Origin: Anaerolineae bacterium
GTDB taxonomy: Bacteria > Chloroflexota > Anaerolineae > Epilineales > Epilineaceae
Direction: 5' to 3'
NCBI GenBank assembly: GCA_034432155.1
Contig: DAOUCP010000098.1
Coordinates: forward strand, 583-64,582
DNA length: 64,000 nucleotides
Shown: one piece after another, positions 55,575 through 64,000 of the stretch
How positions within the stretch are numbered: the stretch's first letter is position 1
How the letters are laid out: every line of letters starts with the position of its first letter
Notes under the pieces: generated by a model
The model's database searches: none
Told to the model about the DNA's origin: nothing
Seen by the model: only the letters and a program-made list of their open reading frames with translations
Made by a program: the position numbers and the translations under genes

Positions 55575-56405
55575 ATGAAGAACCCGTACCTGCCTCATCT
55601 CGGCCGACTGGTGGCCATCGAACCGCTCGGGACGGGCATCAAGCTGTTCCGGGTGGCGTTCGAGGACCCTTCGGCGGCCAGCGGATTTCACTATCGCCCC
55701 GGTCAGTTTGCCTTCCTGAGTGGTTTCGGCGTTGGCGAGGCACCCTTCGGCATCACGTCGGTGGATGGCCTGGATCCGACAGTCGACTTTGCGGTCGCTG
55801 CCGTGGGGACGGTCACCCGGGCCCTCCACGGAATGAGCGTCGGCGACGTCGTCGGCGTCCGCGGCCCGATGGGCAACTGGTTCCCTCTCGAGGACCTCAA
55901 GGGCCGGAACGTGCTGTTCCTTGGCGGCGGCATCGGCGGTGCTCCCCTGCGGCCGGTGATCACCTCCATCCTGCACGACCGCTCGCAATATGGCGATATG
56001 ACGATTCTTTGGGCAGCGCGGCATCCGGGTTTGCTGGTCTTCCGGCAGGAGTATGATCGCTGGCGCCAGGCGCCGCGTACCGAACTGCATCTGACGGTCG
56101 ATGAGGGCGACGCGAGCTGGACCGGTCATGTCGGACTGATCACCCAGCTGCTGCAAAGGGTCGGTCCATCGCCCGACAACACGGTGGCGATTCTGTGCGG
56201 ACCGCCGATCATGATTCACTTCGCCATCCTCGAGCTGCTGAAGCTGGGCTTTGTTTCCGACCAGATTCTCACGACCCTGGAGGCCAAGATGAAGTGCGGG
56301 GTCGGCAAGTGTGGCCGGTGCAACATGGGCGAGAAGTACGTGTGTCTTCACGGCCCAGTTTTCAGCCACGCCGAGATCAAGGACTTCCTGGAGAGCTTCG
56401 TCTAG
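55575..56405 (+). CDS. FAD/NAD(P)H-binding oxidoreductase with a C-terminal [2Fe-2S] (FlxA-like, second copy)
   Basis: GVRGPMGNWFPL, LGGGIGGAP and CGVGKCGRC motifs. GAGGAAG RBS. Confidence 0.8.
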   Translation: MKNPYLPHLGRLVAIEPLGTGIKLFRVAFEDPSAASGFHYRPGQFAFLSGFGVGEAPFGITSVDGLDPTVDFAVAAVGTVTRALHGMSVGDVVGVRGPMGNWFPLEDLKGRNVLFLGGGIGGAPLRPVITSILHDRSQYGDMTILWAARHPGLLVFRQEYDRWRQAPRTELHLTVDEGDASWTGHVGLITQLLQRVGPSPDNTVAILCGPPIMIHFAILELLKLGFVSDQILTTLEAKMKCGVGKCGRCNMGEKYVCLHGPVFSHAEIKDFLESFV

Positions 56406-56452
56406 GCCGGGGGAGTCCGAGAACCGCTGACCGAAGCCTGCGGGCACCGACG

Positions 56453-58130
56453 TCACTGTCCGTGCGGCGGGACCATCCGCGAGTGCCGAGCGACAGGAAA
56501 CTCTGGCTCTTGTGGTGACGGGCGTGTTGCCGGCGGTCGAGCCCGAGGTCGGCGCAACAAACAATAGAACCGGTGCCTTGGCTGTGGCGGTGACTTCGTT
56601 GAGAGCGACGGCGGGACATCGCGCACGTATGCACCCGCGGGACCGTTGACCGCTTCAGGTGCCGGCCAGTGCAACTCCAGGCCGGCGCCGGGCCTATCGG
56701 TGGTGACCCACGCCGAACGACTGCCGCTGTCTGCCCGTCGGAGGTCCTTGGACCAGGAGGAGGACGTGTAGAGCGGGCCGCGGGCTGACGATGCTGTTAG
56801 CGAGGCAATGCGAGCCAGATTGGCCTGGGTGGCATCGATCCTGTGGCCGCGGTGGCACCCGGTACACACGAAGTGGCCGTTGGGCCGCAGACAGCCGTAT
56901 CCGAAGTAGTGGATGAGCGAGCTGGTTGCCGAAAAGGTGCTTGTTGGCAACAGGGCCGTCGGCGGGGCCACGCCACTGTGCTTCACCAGAATGTGCGTGA
57001 CCGCCCGGTCCGTCGGCACTGTGGCAGTGAACGCCCCCGAGCATCGACCGGCAAACTGGCCAAGAAGCGAGGGATCTCCGTAGCTGGACACACGGCCGCT
57101 CAGCCGTGGGATTCCGGGAGCGTGGGCTCCCTCCGGTTGTCCACGTTAGGAGAGATGGAAAGGTACCTGGGCTCGGTGTTGAACACCCGCGAGTCTTCAT
57201 AGACATCCACGCGGGCGCCGGCACCGACCCTGGCCGAAGGCACGTCGACGACGTGTGGCGGCAAGTCGGCATACAGCTTGACATTGATCAGACGGGCAGT
57301 GAGGCCGAAGTCGACTGGGGTGAGAGCCAGCACGCCCACGAGATCCACCCAAAACGCGTGGCCGATGGTGCCGCTCCGCAGGACGGTGGGATCGATCGCC
57401 CCGGATCGCAATGTTGGCAAGCGCCCGTAGCGGCCGGTCTTGCGGGTCCAGGACGTACAGGTTGAGGCCGCGCCGGCCGCACGACGCCGACACGGTCGCG
57501 TAGCGCGTCGAGACGAACATGACGCGGCTGTCGGGCAGATAGGTCGGGCCGAAGTCGCCGAAGCGACCGAAGACGCTCTCGTTGCGGCCGGGTTCCTTGG
57601 GGTCGGCCGGCCAGGTGAAGCCGCGGTCTGGCCCCGCCAGCTGACGCATACCGGAGCCGTCGAGGCCAATCGCGCGCAGGTACCACTGCGCCTTGTTCTT
57701 CTCCGCCCTGGAGAAAACGACCCGTGTGCCGTCGAGGGATGCATCCCGTTGCTGTGCGTCTTAGAGGCCAGTGCCGGCAATGACGTTCACAAGTCGCCCG
57801 TCGGGATACCAGGCGATGAGCCGGCCGCCCAGCGTGGACTCACGTCCCGTGATATCGAGCGGTGCCCCTACGGAGTGACCATCGAGCGTCGGCAGCCGGT
57901 TTCGCGAAACAAAGAGAAGCGGTACATCGGGCAGCGGCACACCGTCGTCGGGCTTTGGCACGACGTACTCGGCGACGGTTGCTGGCGCGGAATCCCGCCC
58001 TCGGGCTTGCGCCAGAGAGCTCGCAATGGCGCGGCGCGCCAGGGCGCGTAAGGCCGGCCCGGTGGACGTTGGTCGCGGGGCGGTGTAGCATCCGGCAGCC
58101 TGATCCTGCTGCCTGCGCCATGGCGGCAAG
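56453..58130 (-). pseudogene. Degraded TolB/PD40-type beta-propeller region followed by a CxxCH-containing segment
   Basis: PD40-like repeats (GGRLIAWYPDGRLVNV, FTWPADPKEPGRNESVFGRFGDFGPTYLPDSRVMFVSTRY) are spread over three frames. The 56453-57091 ORF has CTGCH, but its N-terminus is a translation of the repeat element. Confidence 0.35.
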
Positions 58131-58162
58131 CAGGCAGCCGGCGGAACCCTTCGATCCAGCCC

Positions 58163-59938
58163 ATGACGATCGCCATCGCATCCCTACTGGTCATCGTTCT
58201 CGCGGTCGTGATCCTCTTGTCGCGCGAGTGGATTCCGGCGGACGTGGTGGCGCTGGGTCTCATGGTGGTTCTGGTTGGTTCGGGCCTCCTGCCTGCCGAG
58301 AGAGCGTTCGCCGGGTTCGGCAGCGAGCCAGTGATGGCGTTGCTCGGGCTGCTGATACTGACCGCGGCCCTCCTGCGCACCGGTGCCGTGGAAGCGATCG
58401 GTCAATCGATTCTCGACCGGCTCGGCAAGCACCGCGAGCTGATGGTGCCCACCGTCATGGTGGCCGCGGCGAGCTTGAGCTCGTTCATCAGCAACACGGC
58501 CACCACCGCCTTCCTACTGCCCCTCGTGATCACGCTTTCGGGCCGCTTGCGTCTGCCGTCCTCGCGTTTGCTTATGCCGCTCGCCTTTGCCTCGATCCTG
58601 GCCAGCTCCGTGAGCCTGGTGGCCAGCTCGACGAACATCGTCGTGAGTGGGCTGATCCAGCAACAAGGCCTAGAGCCGTTGGCGATGTTCGAGCTAACGC
58701 CCGTGGGCGTCCCCATCGTCCTGGTTGGCCTGATCTACATGGCGCTCATCGGGCAGCGCTTCATCCCCGATCGGCTACCACGCCCTTCGCTGACCGAGCA
58801 GTTTGGCCTGCAGCCGTACTTGGCCGAACTCAAGGTTCACCCGGACTCGCCGCTGGTCGGTCAGACCCTCGCCCAGGCGGAACTGGGCCGGCGACTCGAT
58901 CTGACGGTTCTAAGCATCGTCCGCCACAAGGAGGAGCATCTGGTCCCCCGCTCCGACACCACGCTCGCGGCAGGAGACCGGTTGCTGGTGGAGGGTCGAC
59001 GCGAGGATATCCTTCGGGTCCGCAACGTGGTCGGTATCGACCTGGAAGCGGACAGTCACCTCTCGGACCGCGACCTGGCGAGCGGGGGGCTGGAGTTGGC
59101 CGAAGTCATTCTATTGCCCAGATCACCGCTTCTCTGGAATACCCTGGCCAGCCTGCGCTTGCGGGAGCGGTACGGACTGCAGGTTCTGGCGATCCAGCGA
59201 CAGGGGGGTACGATCCGCCGCCGTATCGGCGAAGTGCCCATGCACTTGGGCGACGTGTTACTGGTGCAGGCGACCCCGGCAAGCATTGCCGTGTTGCAGG
59301 ACCAAGGCGCCTTTCGGGTGCTTCACGTGCTGGAGGCGATGCCATACCGCCCACGCCATGCGCGGCTTGTGGTGGCCGTGTTCGCCGCCGCGCTGACTGC
59401 CGCGGCCCTCGAATGGGTGCCGCTGCCGGTGGCCGTGCTCGCCGGTTCAGTGGTCGCCTTCCTGACCGGTGCGATCACGCCGCAGGAAGCGTACCGGGAG
59501 GTCGAGTGGAAGCTCCTGATCCTCGTGGCCGGCATGCTGAGTTTGGGGGCGGCAATGGAGTCGACGGGTGCGGCGCGGTTCCTGGCCGGCCACCTCATCG
59601 ACTGGCTCGGCAACGCTTCCCCGCTCTGCCTGTTGACGGCGTTCTTCGCGCTCACGATGCTCCTGACTCAGCCGATGTCAAACCAGGCAGCGGCAACGGT
59701 CGTCCTCCCCATCGCCCTGCAGGCGGCGTGGCAGCTCGGTCTCAATCCGCGCACCTTTGCCGCCATGATCGCCGTTGCGGCCAGCTGCTCTTTCATCACG
59801 CCCCTCGAGCCTTCTTGCCTGCTGGTGTTCGGAGCGGGCCACTACCGCTTTCTTGACTTCTTCCGGGTCGGCCTGCCGCTGACACTTCTGATCTACCTGG
59901 TGGCCATCCTCCTTGTGCCCCTGGTATGGCCGCTCTAA
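58163..59938 (+). CDS. DASS/SLC13-family anion transporter with two central TrkA-C regulatory domains
   Basis: 591-aa protein with transmembrane blocks flanking two TrkA-C-like soluble repeats (VLSIVRHKEEHLVPRSDTTLAAGDRLLV and VLAIQRQGGTIRRRIGEVPMHLGDVLLV). Confidence 0.85.
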   Translation: MTIAIASLLVIVLAVVILLSREWIPADVVALGLMVVLVGSGLLPAERAFAGFGSEPVMALLGLLILTAALLRTGAVEAIGQSILDRLGKHRELMVPTVMVAAASLSSFISNTATTAFLLPLVITLSGRLRLPSSRLLMPLAFASILASSVSLVASSTNIVVSGLIQQQGLEPLAMFELTPVGVPIVLVGLIYMALIGQRFIPDRLPRPSLTEQFGLQPYLAELKVHPDSPLVGQTLAQAELGRRLDLTVLSIVRHKEEHLVPRSDTTLAAGDRLLVEGRREDILRVRNVVGIDLEADSHLSDRDLASGGLELAEVILLPRSPLLWNTLASLRLRERYGLQVLAIQRQGGTIRRRIGEVPMHLGDVLLVQATPASIAVLQDQGAFRVLHVLEAMPYRPRHARLVVAVFAAALTAAALEWVPLPVAVLAGSVVAFLTGAITPQEAYREVEWKLLILVAGMLSLGAAMESTGAARFLAGHLIDWLGNASPLCLLTAFFALTMLLTQPMSNQAAATVVLPIALQAAWQLGLNPRTFAAMIAVAASCSFITPLEPSCLLVFGAGHYRFLDFFRVGLPLTLLIYLVAILLVPLVWPL

Positions 59939-60312
59939 GGCTGCCGGGCGAACCTTGGCCCGTCTCGGCGCGGTCGAGCGATGCCGGCGCTCGGTCATCC
60001 TCGCCTCATTGAGGGATCGACTGCCACCTGCTATGATGGCCTCCTCTTGGCGGGTTCGCCGAGAGGCGGTTTGCCAGCCACCGTGGCAGGGAGTTAGCCG
60101 TGCCGCACCCGTTCGGGGTGTCGAGCCAGGGCAGAGGTCTCTTCCCCTGGCCGACGGAGCCGCGCGCGGTCATGGCCGCGCACCGAGCCTTGCCGGGCCA
60201 TGGCCCAGCGTTACGTGCGGTTGGTTTTCCATCGGGCAGCCGGCCGCATCATGCCTTGCGGCTGCTGGGCGGGTTCCGCGACCCGTTCGGGCAGCTTTTG
60301 GCCTCGGCCCCT

Positions 60313-62199
60313 GTGACCCGTCAGGCGGTCCGGTTACTGTGCGGTCTGGCCCTGACGACCGCTCTCGGCGTGGCGAGTGCCGGAGTCGGTGGCACAGGGC
60401 CGACGACGGCGAACGGGCGCACTGCCTCGCTGGGCGATGGAGCGGCGCCGATCGTCTACGGCCACCGGTTGCGCTACCGGTGGGTGTACCTGCCAGACAA
60501 CTACCAGGCGGCCGGCAATGTCGAGCGCATGATGGCCCTCTTGGATCGAGCGAAGGCTGCCGGCTACAACGGCGCGCTGCTGGCCGATGTGAAGTTCGGG
60601 CGGCTTGACGATGGCAGTCTGGTTCCAGCGTACTACACCAATCTGCGGACGGTCTTGGAGCACGCCCGCAAGCTGGGGATGGACATGATCCCTGCCACCG
60701 CGGATTTCGGCTATTCGGAGTCGATCCTGTGGCACGACCCCAACCTGGCCGAGGGTCTGCCCGTCCGCGGCGCCCTCTTCCAGGCGAGCGACGGCGCGTT
60801 GGTGCCCCTCAATGACCCACCGGTGACGCTGGTGAACGGCGACTTCGAGCAGCTGCCAGCCGATGGACACCAGTTTCCGGGCTGGGCATGGCAGGACCAA
60901 CCGGGTGTGACGACCTTCGTCGACACCGAAGTCAAGCATGGTGGGCGGGCGTCCCTGCGCATGACCGATATCGGCCTCACCAATCCGCCCCACGGGCACG
61001 GCCGCATTCACCAGCGCGTCCGAGTGCAGCCGTTTCACTACTACCATGTCTCAGTGTGGCTCAAGACCGAGGAGTTCCACGGCGGCGACGTCTGGGTCAT
61101 GATCCTCGGTCAGAAGCCGCAGCGCACCCTGCAGTACAACCCCATCCCGATCGAGCCGACGCGGGACTGGTGGCGCTTCGATGTGACCTTCAACAGCCTC
61201 ACACACGATGAGATCCTGTTCTACTTTGGTGTCTGGGGTGGGGGCCGGGGCACCATCTGGTGGGACGATGGCGCCATGGAACCGGCGGGCTTCGTCAACG
61301 TCGTGCGGCGTGCCGGCGCACCCTTGCGGATGACCAGCGCCGATGGCCTGACCGTCTATGAGGAAGGCCGCGACTACGAAGCCGTGGTCGATCTGCAGCT
61401 GGGTCGAGTGCCATGGCGCGGCCTGTATGACTTGTGGCATGACCCACCCCGAATCGGTCTGCCGGCAGGCTCCCGGATTGCCGATGGCCAAGTGGTTCGG
61501 GCGAGTTACTATCACATGGCCACGATCTACGGCCACCAGGTCCCGGCGAGCCTCACCGAGCCGCGGAGCTTCGAGATCTGCCGGGGCCAGCTCAGCAGTT
61601 TGCAGCGCGAGTTCAGCCAGGCAGGCGCCTTCGCTGGCTGGCTGTTCGGACACGACGAGATCCGAGTCCACGGTTGGGACGAAGCGCCGCGCGCCGGCGC
61701 CGGCTCACCTGGTGAGGACCTGGCGTACAACTTCCGCACGCTCTACGACATGGCCAAGGCGATGCAGCCGGGGGCGGTCATTCTGACGTGGTCGGATATG
61801 TTCGATCCGTACCACAACGCGACAGACTCGGAGGACCCGTACTACTTGGTCAATGGGAGTTGGGCGGGTAGCTGGTTGGGCCTGCCGGCGGACGTGATCG
61901 TTCTGAACTGGCACCATCACCGCGATCGACGGCTGGCCGCGGAGTTCTTCGCCGAACGTGGGCATCGGCAGATCCTAGCCGGTTACTACGATGCCTCGCC
62001 CGACCAGTTCGGCGACCGGGACTGGCTGCGCGAGCTTGAAGGTGTTCCGCGGATCGAGGGCGTAATGTACACCGCCTGGGGGTCTGGCTACGACAATCTA
62101 GAGGCCTGGGCGCACCACGCCTGGGGTGACGCTCCTTGGACGACAACCGGTCCGGCCCGCGATGTCTACCTGCCGGTCCTATGCCGCGGGATGTGGTAA
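60313..62199 (+). CDS. Secreted protein with a CBM4/9-like carbohydrate-binding module (probable glycoside hydrolase)
   Basis: A GTG start gives the signal peptide MTRQAVRLLCGLALTTALGVASA. Contains VNGDFEQLPADGHQFPGWAW...GGRASLRM. Ends ...DVYLPVLCRGMW. Confidence 0.65.
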   Translation: MTRQAVRLLCGLALTTALGVASAGVGGTGPTTANGRTASLGDGAAPIVYGHRLRYRWVYLPDNYQAAGNVERMMALLDRAKAAGYNGALLADVKFGRLDDGSLVPAYYTNLRTVLEHARKLGMDMIPATADFGYSESILWHDPNLAEGLPVRGALFQASDGALVPLNDPPVTLVNGDFEQLPADGHQFPGWAWQDQPGVTTFVDTEVKHGGRASLRMTDIGLTNPPHGHGRIHQRVRVQPFHYYHVSVWLKTEEFHGGDVWVMILGQKPQRTLQYNPIPIEPTRDWWRFDVTFNSLTHDEILFYFGVWGGGRGTIWWDDGAMEPAGFVNVVRRAGAPLRMTSADGLTVYEEGRDYEAVVDLQLGRVPWRGLYDLWHDPPRIGLPAGSRIADGQVVRASYYHMATIYGHQVPASLTEPRSFEICRGQLSSLQREFSQAGAFAGWLFGHDEIRVHGWDEAPRAGAGSPGEDLAYNFRTLYDMAKAMQPGAVILTWSDMFDPYHNATDSEDPYYLVNGSWAGSWLGLPADVIVLNWHHHRDRRLAAEFFAERGHRQILAGYYDASPDQFGDRDWLRELEGVPRIEGVMYTAWGSGYDNLEAWAHHAWGDAPWTTTGPARDVYLPVLCRGMW

Positions 62200-62426
62200 C
62201 CCAGCGGGAGGCCGCACCGGTCGTAGGACCGACTGCCACCCATTGGCCGTCGCACCTCGCCCAGCGGCCCGCACTTGCGGCGAGCCTGCCCATCGCCCGG
62301 CCGCTAGCACTTGCGGCGAGCTTGCCCATCGCTTTTCAGGATCGATGGGCGATCGTTCGTTCGGGTGGCACTCGTCTGCCGCGCAGGCCGGCGGTACTTC
62401 CAGGCAGGGATGCCTCCCCGATTTCC

Positions 62427-63953
62427 TCAGGGCCGAACGGCCATCGGCAGGTAGACACGGGAGCCCGCCGCTTCCGGCGGCGTTGCTACACCGGTTGTCG
62501 TGGCCACCGCGGTGAGGGGCGGCGTACCCGTCGAAACGACACTCGCCGTTCCAGTGGCTGCGACGGCCGTGGCCGTCCCGCTCTCGGTGGGCGTCTCTAA
62601 GGGTGCCGGGGTCTCGCTGGTGGGCAGCGTGCCGCTGGCGAGAGCGGTGGCTGTGACGACGGCAGTCGCTGTCTCTGTTCCGAGCGGTGTGGCCACGGCA
62701 GTGGCCGTCTCCGTTTCGCCCGCTGTGGACGAGGGCGGCGGCACCAGGCCGGTGCAGTCCAGGTAGTGCAGCGTGCCCCTGAGATCGCGCGGACCACGCA
62801 CCGCCCCAGCGATGAGGATTGGCGTCTGGTGCTGCGAGTCGTACACCATGGTCGCGCCGTAACGCTCACCTATCCAGGCGCCATTTAGCTTGGCCCAGGT
62901 CGCGGTGGTGGTGTCGAACACCCACGTATAGTTCTCCGTGATGGGTAGTTCGTTACTGCCCAGGCCACCGTAGACGAGAAACCAGCGCCGCGCTGGGTCG
63001 TACACCGAGGCGTGGTAGGAACGGGCCGGCGGGCGATCGCCACGCGGCCGGATGGTCGTCGCCTGCGGTCGGGTCGGGCTCTGCTGGAGGTCAAGTTGCC
63101 ACAAGAGGTCGCTGGCTCCCTGGTCGCCTTTGCTGCCGCCGAACAGCAGGATCCGCGGAACCGCCGGATCGTAGCCCAGCGCAGCGCCGTACAACCGGTC
63201 AGGAGCGGTGAAGGCACTCACCCGTGAGACGCGGAGGTCAATGCTGTGCCACCGGCTGAGCGGGCTCTGACTGCTGTTCGACTCGCGGCCGCCAACGACG
63301 AGAATGACCTTCTCCTCCGGCTGGATGGCCGAGACGTGATCCTGCAGCCGGCTGAGCACGCCGGTGGCGAAATCCTCGGTGGCCCAAAGCTTCTGCCGGG
63401 GCACATAGCGGAATACCGCGCGTTCGGCGTCTCGCTCCTCGGCCAAACTGGCCAAGCATGAGCCTGGTCAGGTAGGCCGCGGCGTGGGCGTCCTGGTCCG
63501 AGCCGGCATGGGTGTGATCGGCGTGGCCGTTGGTTCGAAGCGGCCGCCCTGCTGCCCGGCGATCCAGTAGACGATCGGATCGCCGTCCGTCGGCAGGAAC
63601 ACACCCGAGTGGCCCCAGCGCGGAAGGGGCTGCTGGCCTTCGATCGGCAGCGGCACGAGGTGGGCCTTCTCGATGTCGGGATCGCTGAAGTCGACGCCCA
63701 CTACAGCCGCGCTGGGCGAGCCGCCAGCGTCGAGACCGCCGTAGTAGTACGCGCGCTGGTCGACGGAGTCGAAGACGGCAGCGCCGTGGACACGCGGCGG
63801 GATCTGGACCGCCAGCTCGCGCCACACGCACCCGGGAGCTGGCTGCGCATCGGCAAGCCGAGTCACCGACGCTGGCCGACCGTCACGCGCCGCGGTGGCG
63901 AGCGCCAGACTCAACGCCAGGAGGGCGCCGAAAACGCGGTGCTGCCTCTTCAC
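62427..63953 (-). pseudogene. Secreted Kelch-repeat beta-propeller protein split by an in-frame TGA at 63468-63470 (alternatively two genes)
   Basis: Signal peptide plus two Kelch-like repeats and a T/P linker in the upstream ORF. Four more Kelch-like repeats and a T/A/P tail in the downstream ORF. Both ORFs are in the same frame. Ends ...RVYLPMAVRP. Confidence 0.55.
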
Positions 63954-64000
63954 GGGCCACCTCCGTTCGACCGGCCGCCAAGGCTTCTCCCTGGCCGGAG

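Noticed and set aside
63468-63470. In-frame TGA in the Kelch gene as a possible selenocysteine codon
   Set aside because: No SECIS-like hairpin is evident downstream, and the surrounding residues are a T/P linker rather than a redox motif. A nonsense mutation or separate genes are more parsimonious.
1-64000. CRISPR arrays, rRNA or tRNA genes
   Set aside because: No regularly spaced short direct repeats with unique spacers were found. No tRNA-like T-arm or anticodon-arm consensus stretches and no rRNA-like segments were seen on manual reading. A tRNAscan or Rfam scan would be needed to exclude small RNAs formally.

Overview
This is a high-GC (~68%) bacterial chromosomal window. The first 18 kb are core metabolism and the remainder is a mosaic accessory region.

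On the minus strand at 1-4977 sits a TCA operon. It runs fumarate hydratase class I alpha, then beta, then malate:quinone oxidoreductase, sucC and sucD (partial). A 220-nt regulatory gap separates it from a large plus-strand cluster at 5199-17268.

That cluster encodes hdrC-hdrB, then korD-korA-korB-korG (a four-subunit 2-oxoacid:ferredoxin oxidoreductase embedded in the hdr operon with overlapping stop and start codons), then hdrA and mvhD. Next come two HydB/AsrA-like FeS subunits and a HydG/AsrB-like FAD/NAD subunit, giving an FlxABCD-type set. The cluster ends with a soluble SdhB/SdhA-like fumarate reductase pair and has no membrane anchor.

A second, paralogous hdrCBA-mvhD-flxCBA cluster lies at 49025-56405. 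It sits behind a type II NADH dehydrogenase and a hybrid response-regulator/histidine-kinase gene.

Between and around these clusters are the following genes, in order:
- a voltage-gated K+ channel
- a vapBC toxin-antitoxin pair
- a zur-znuABC zinc uptake operon with a candidate Zur box
- duplicated helix-hairpin-helix module genes flanking an IS256-family transposase remnant and a BNR-repeat propeller gene carrying an in-frame TAA
- a UvrD-type helicase fused to a Cas4/RecB-like FeS nuclease, followed by a DUF1232-like gene
- two Excalibur-domain proteins, one of them an endonuclease I lipoprotein
- a low-GC islet carrying cutA
- a relict lasso-peptide locus
- a 1295-aa secreted multi-domain protein with a peptidase C25-like domain
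- a degraded sucD paralog
- a coiled-coil protein built from 63-bp tandem repeats
- several secreted carbohydrate-active or propeller proteins
- a DASS-family transporter with TrkA-C domains

The lasso-peptide locus consists of an asparagine-synthetase-like cyclase followed by a precursor with the YxxPxLx3Gx5Tx leader motif. No B protease gene was found.

The region also contains several pseudogenes interrupted by in-frame stops or frameshifts, ~30-80 nt repeat pairs flanking multi-kb segments, and a recurring C-terminal YLPxx(R/H) motif on four unrelated secreted proteins. No rRNA, tRNA or CRISPR array was recognised.
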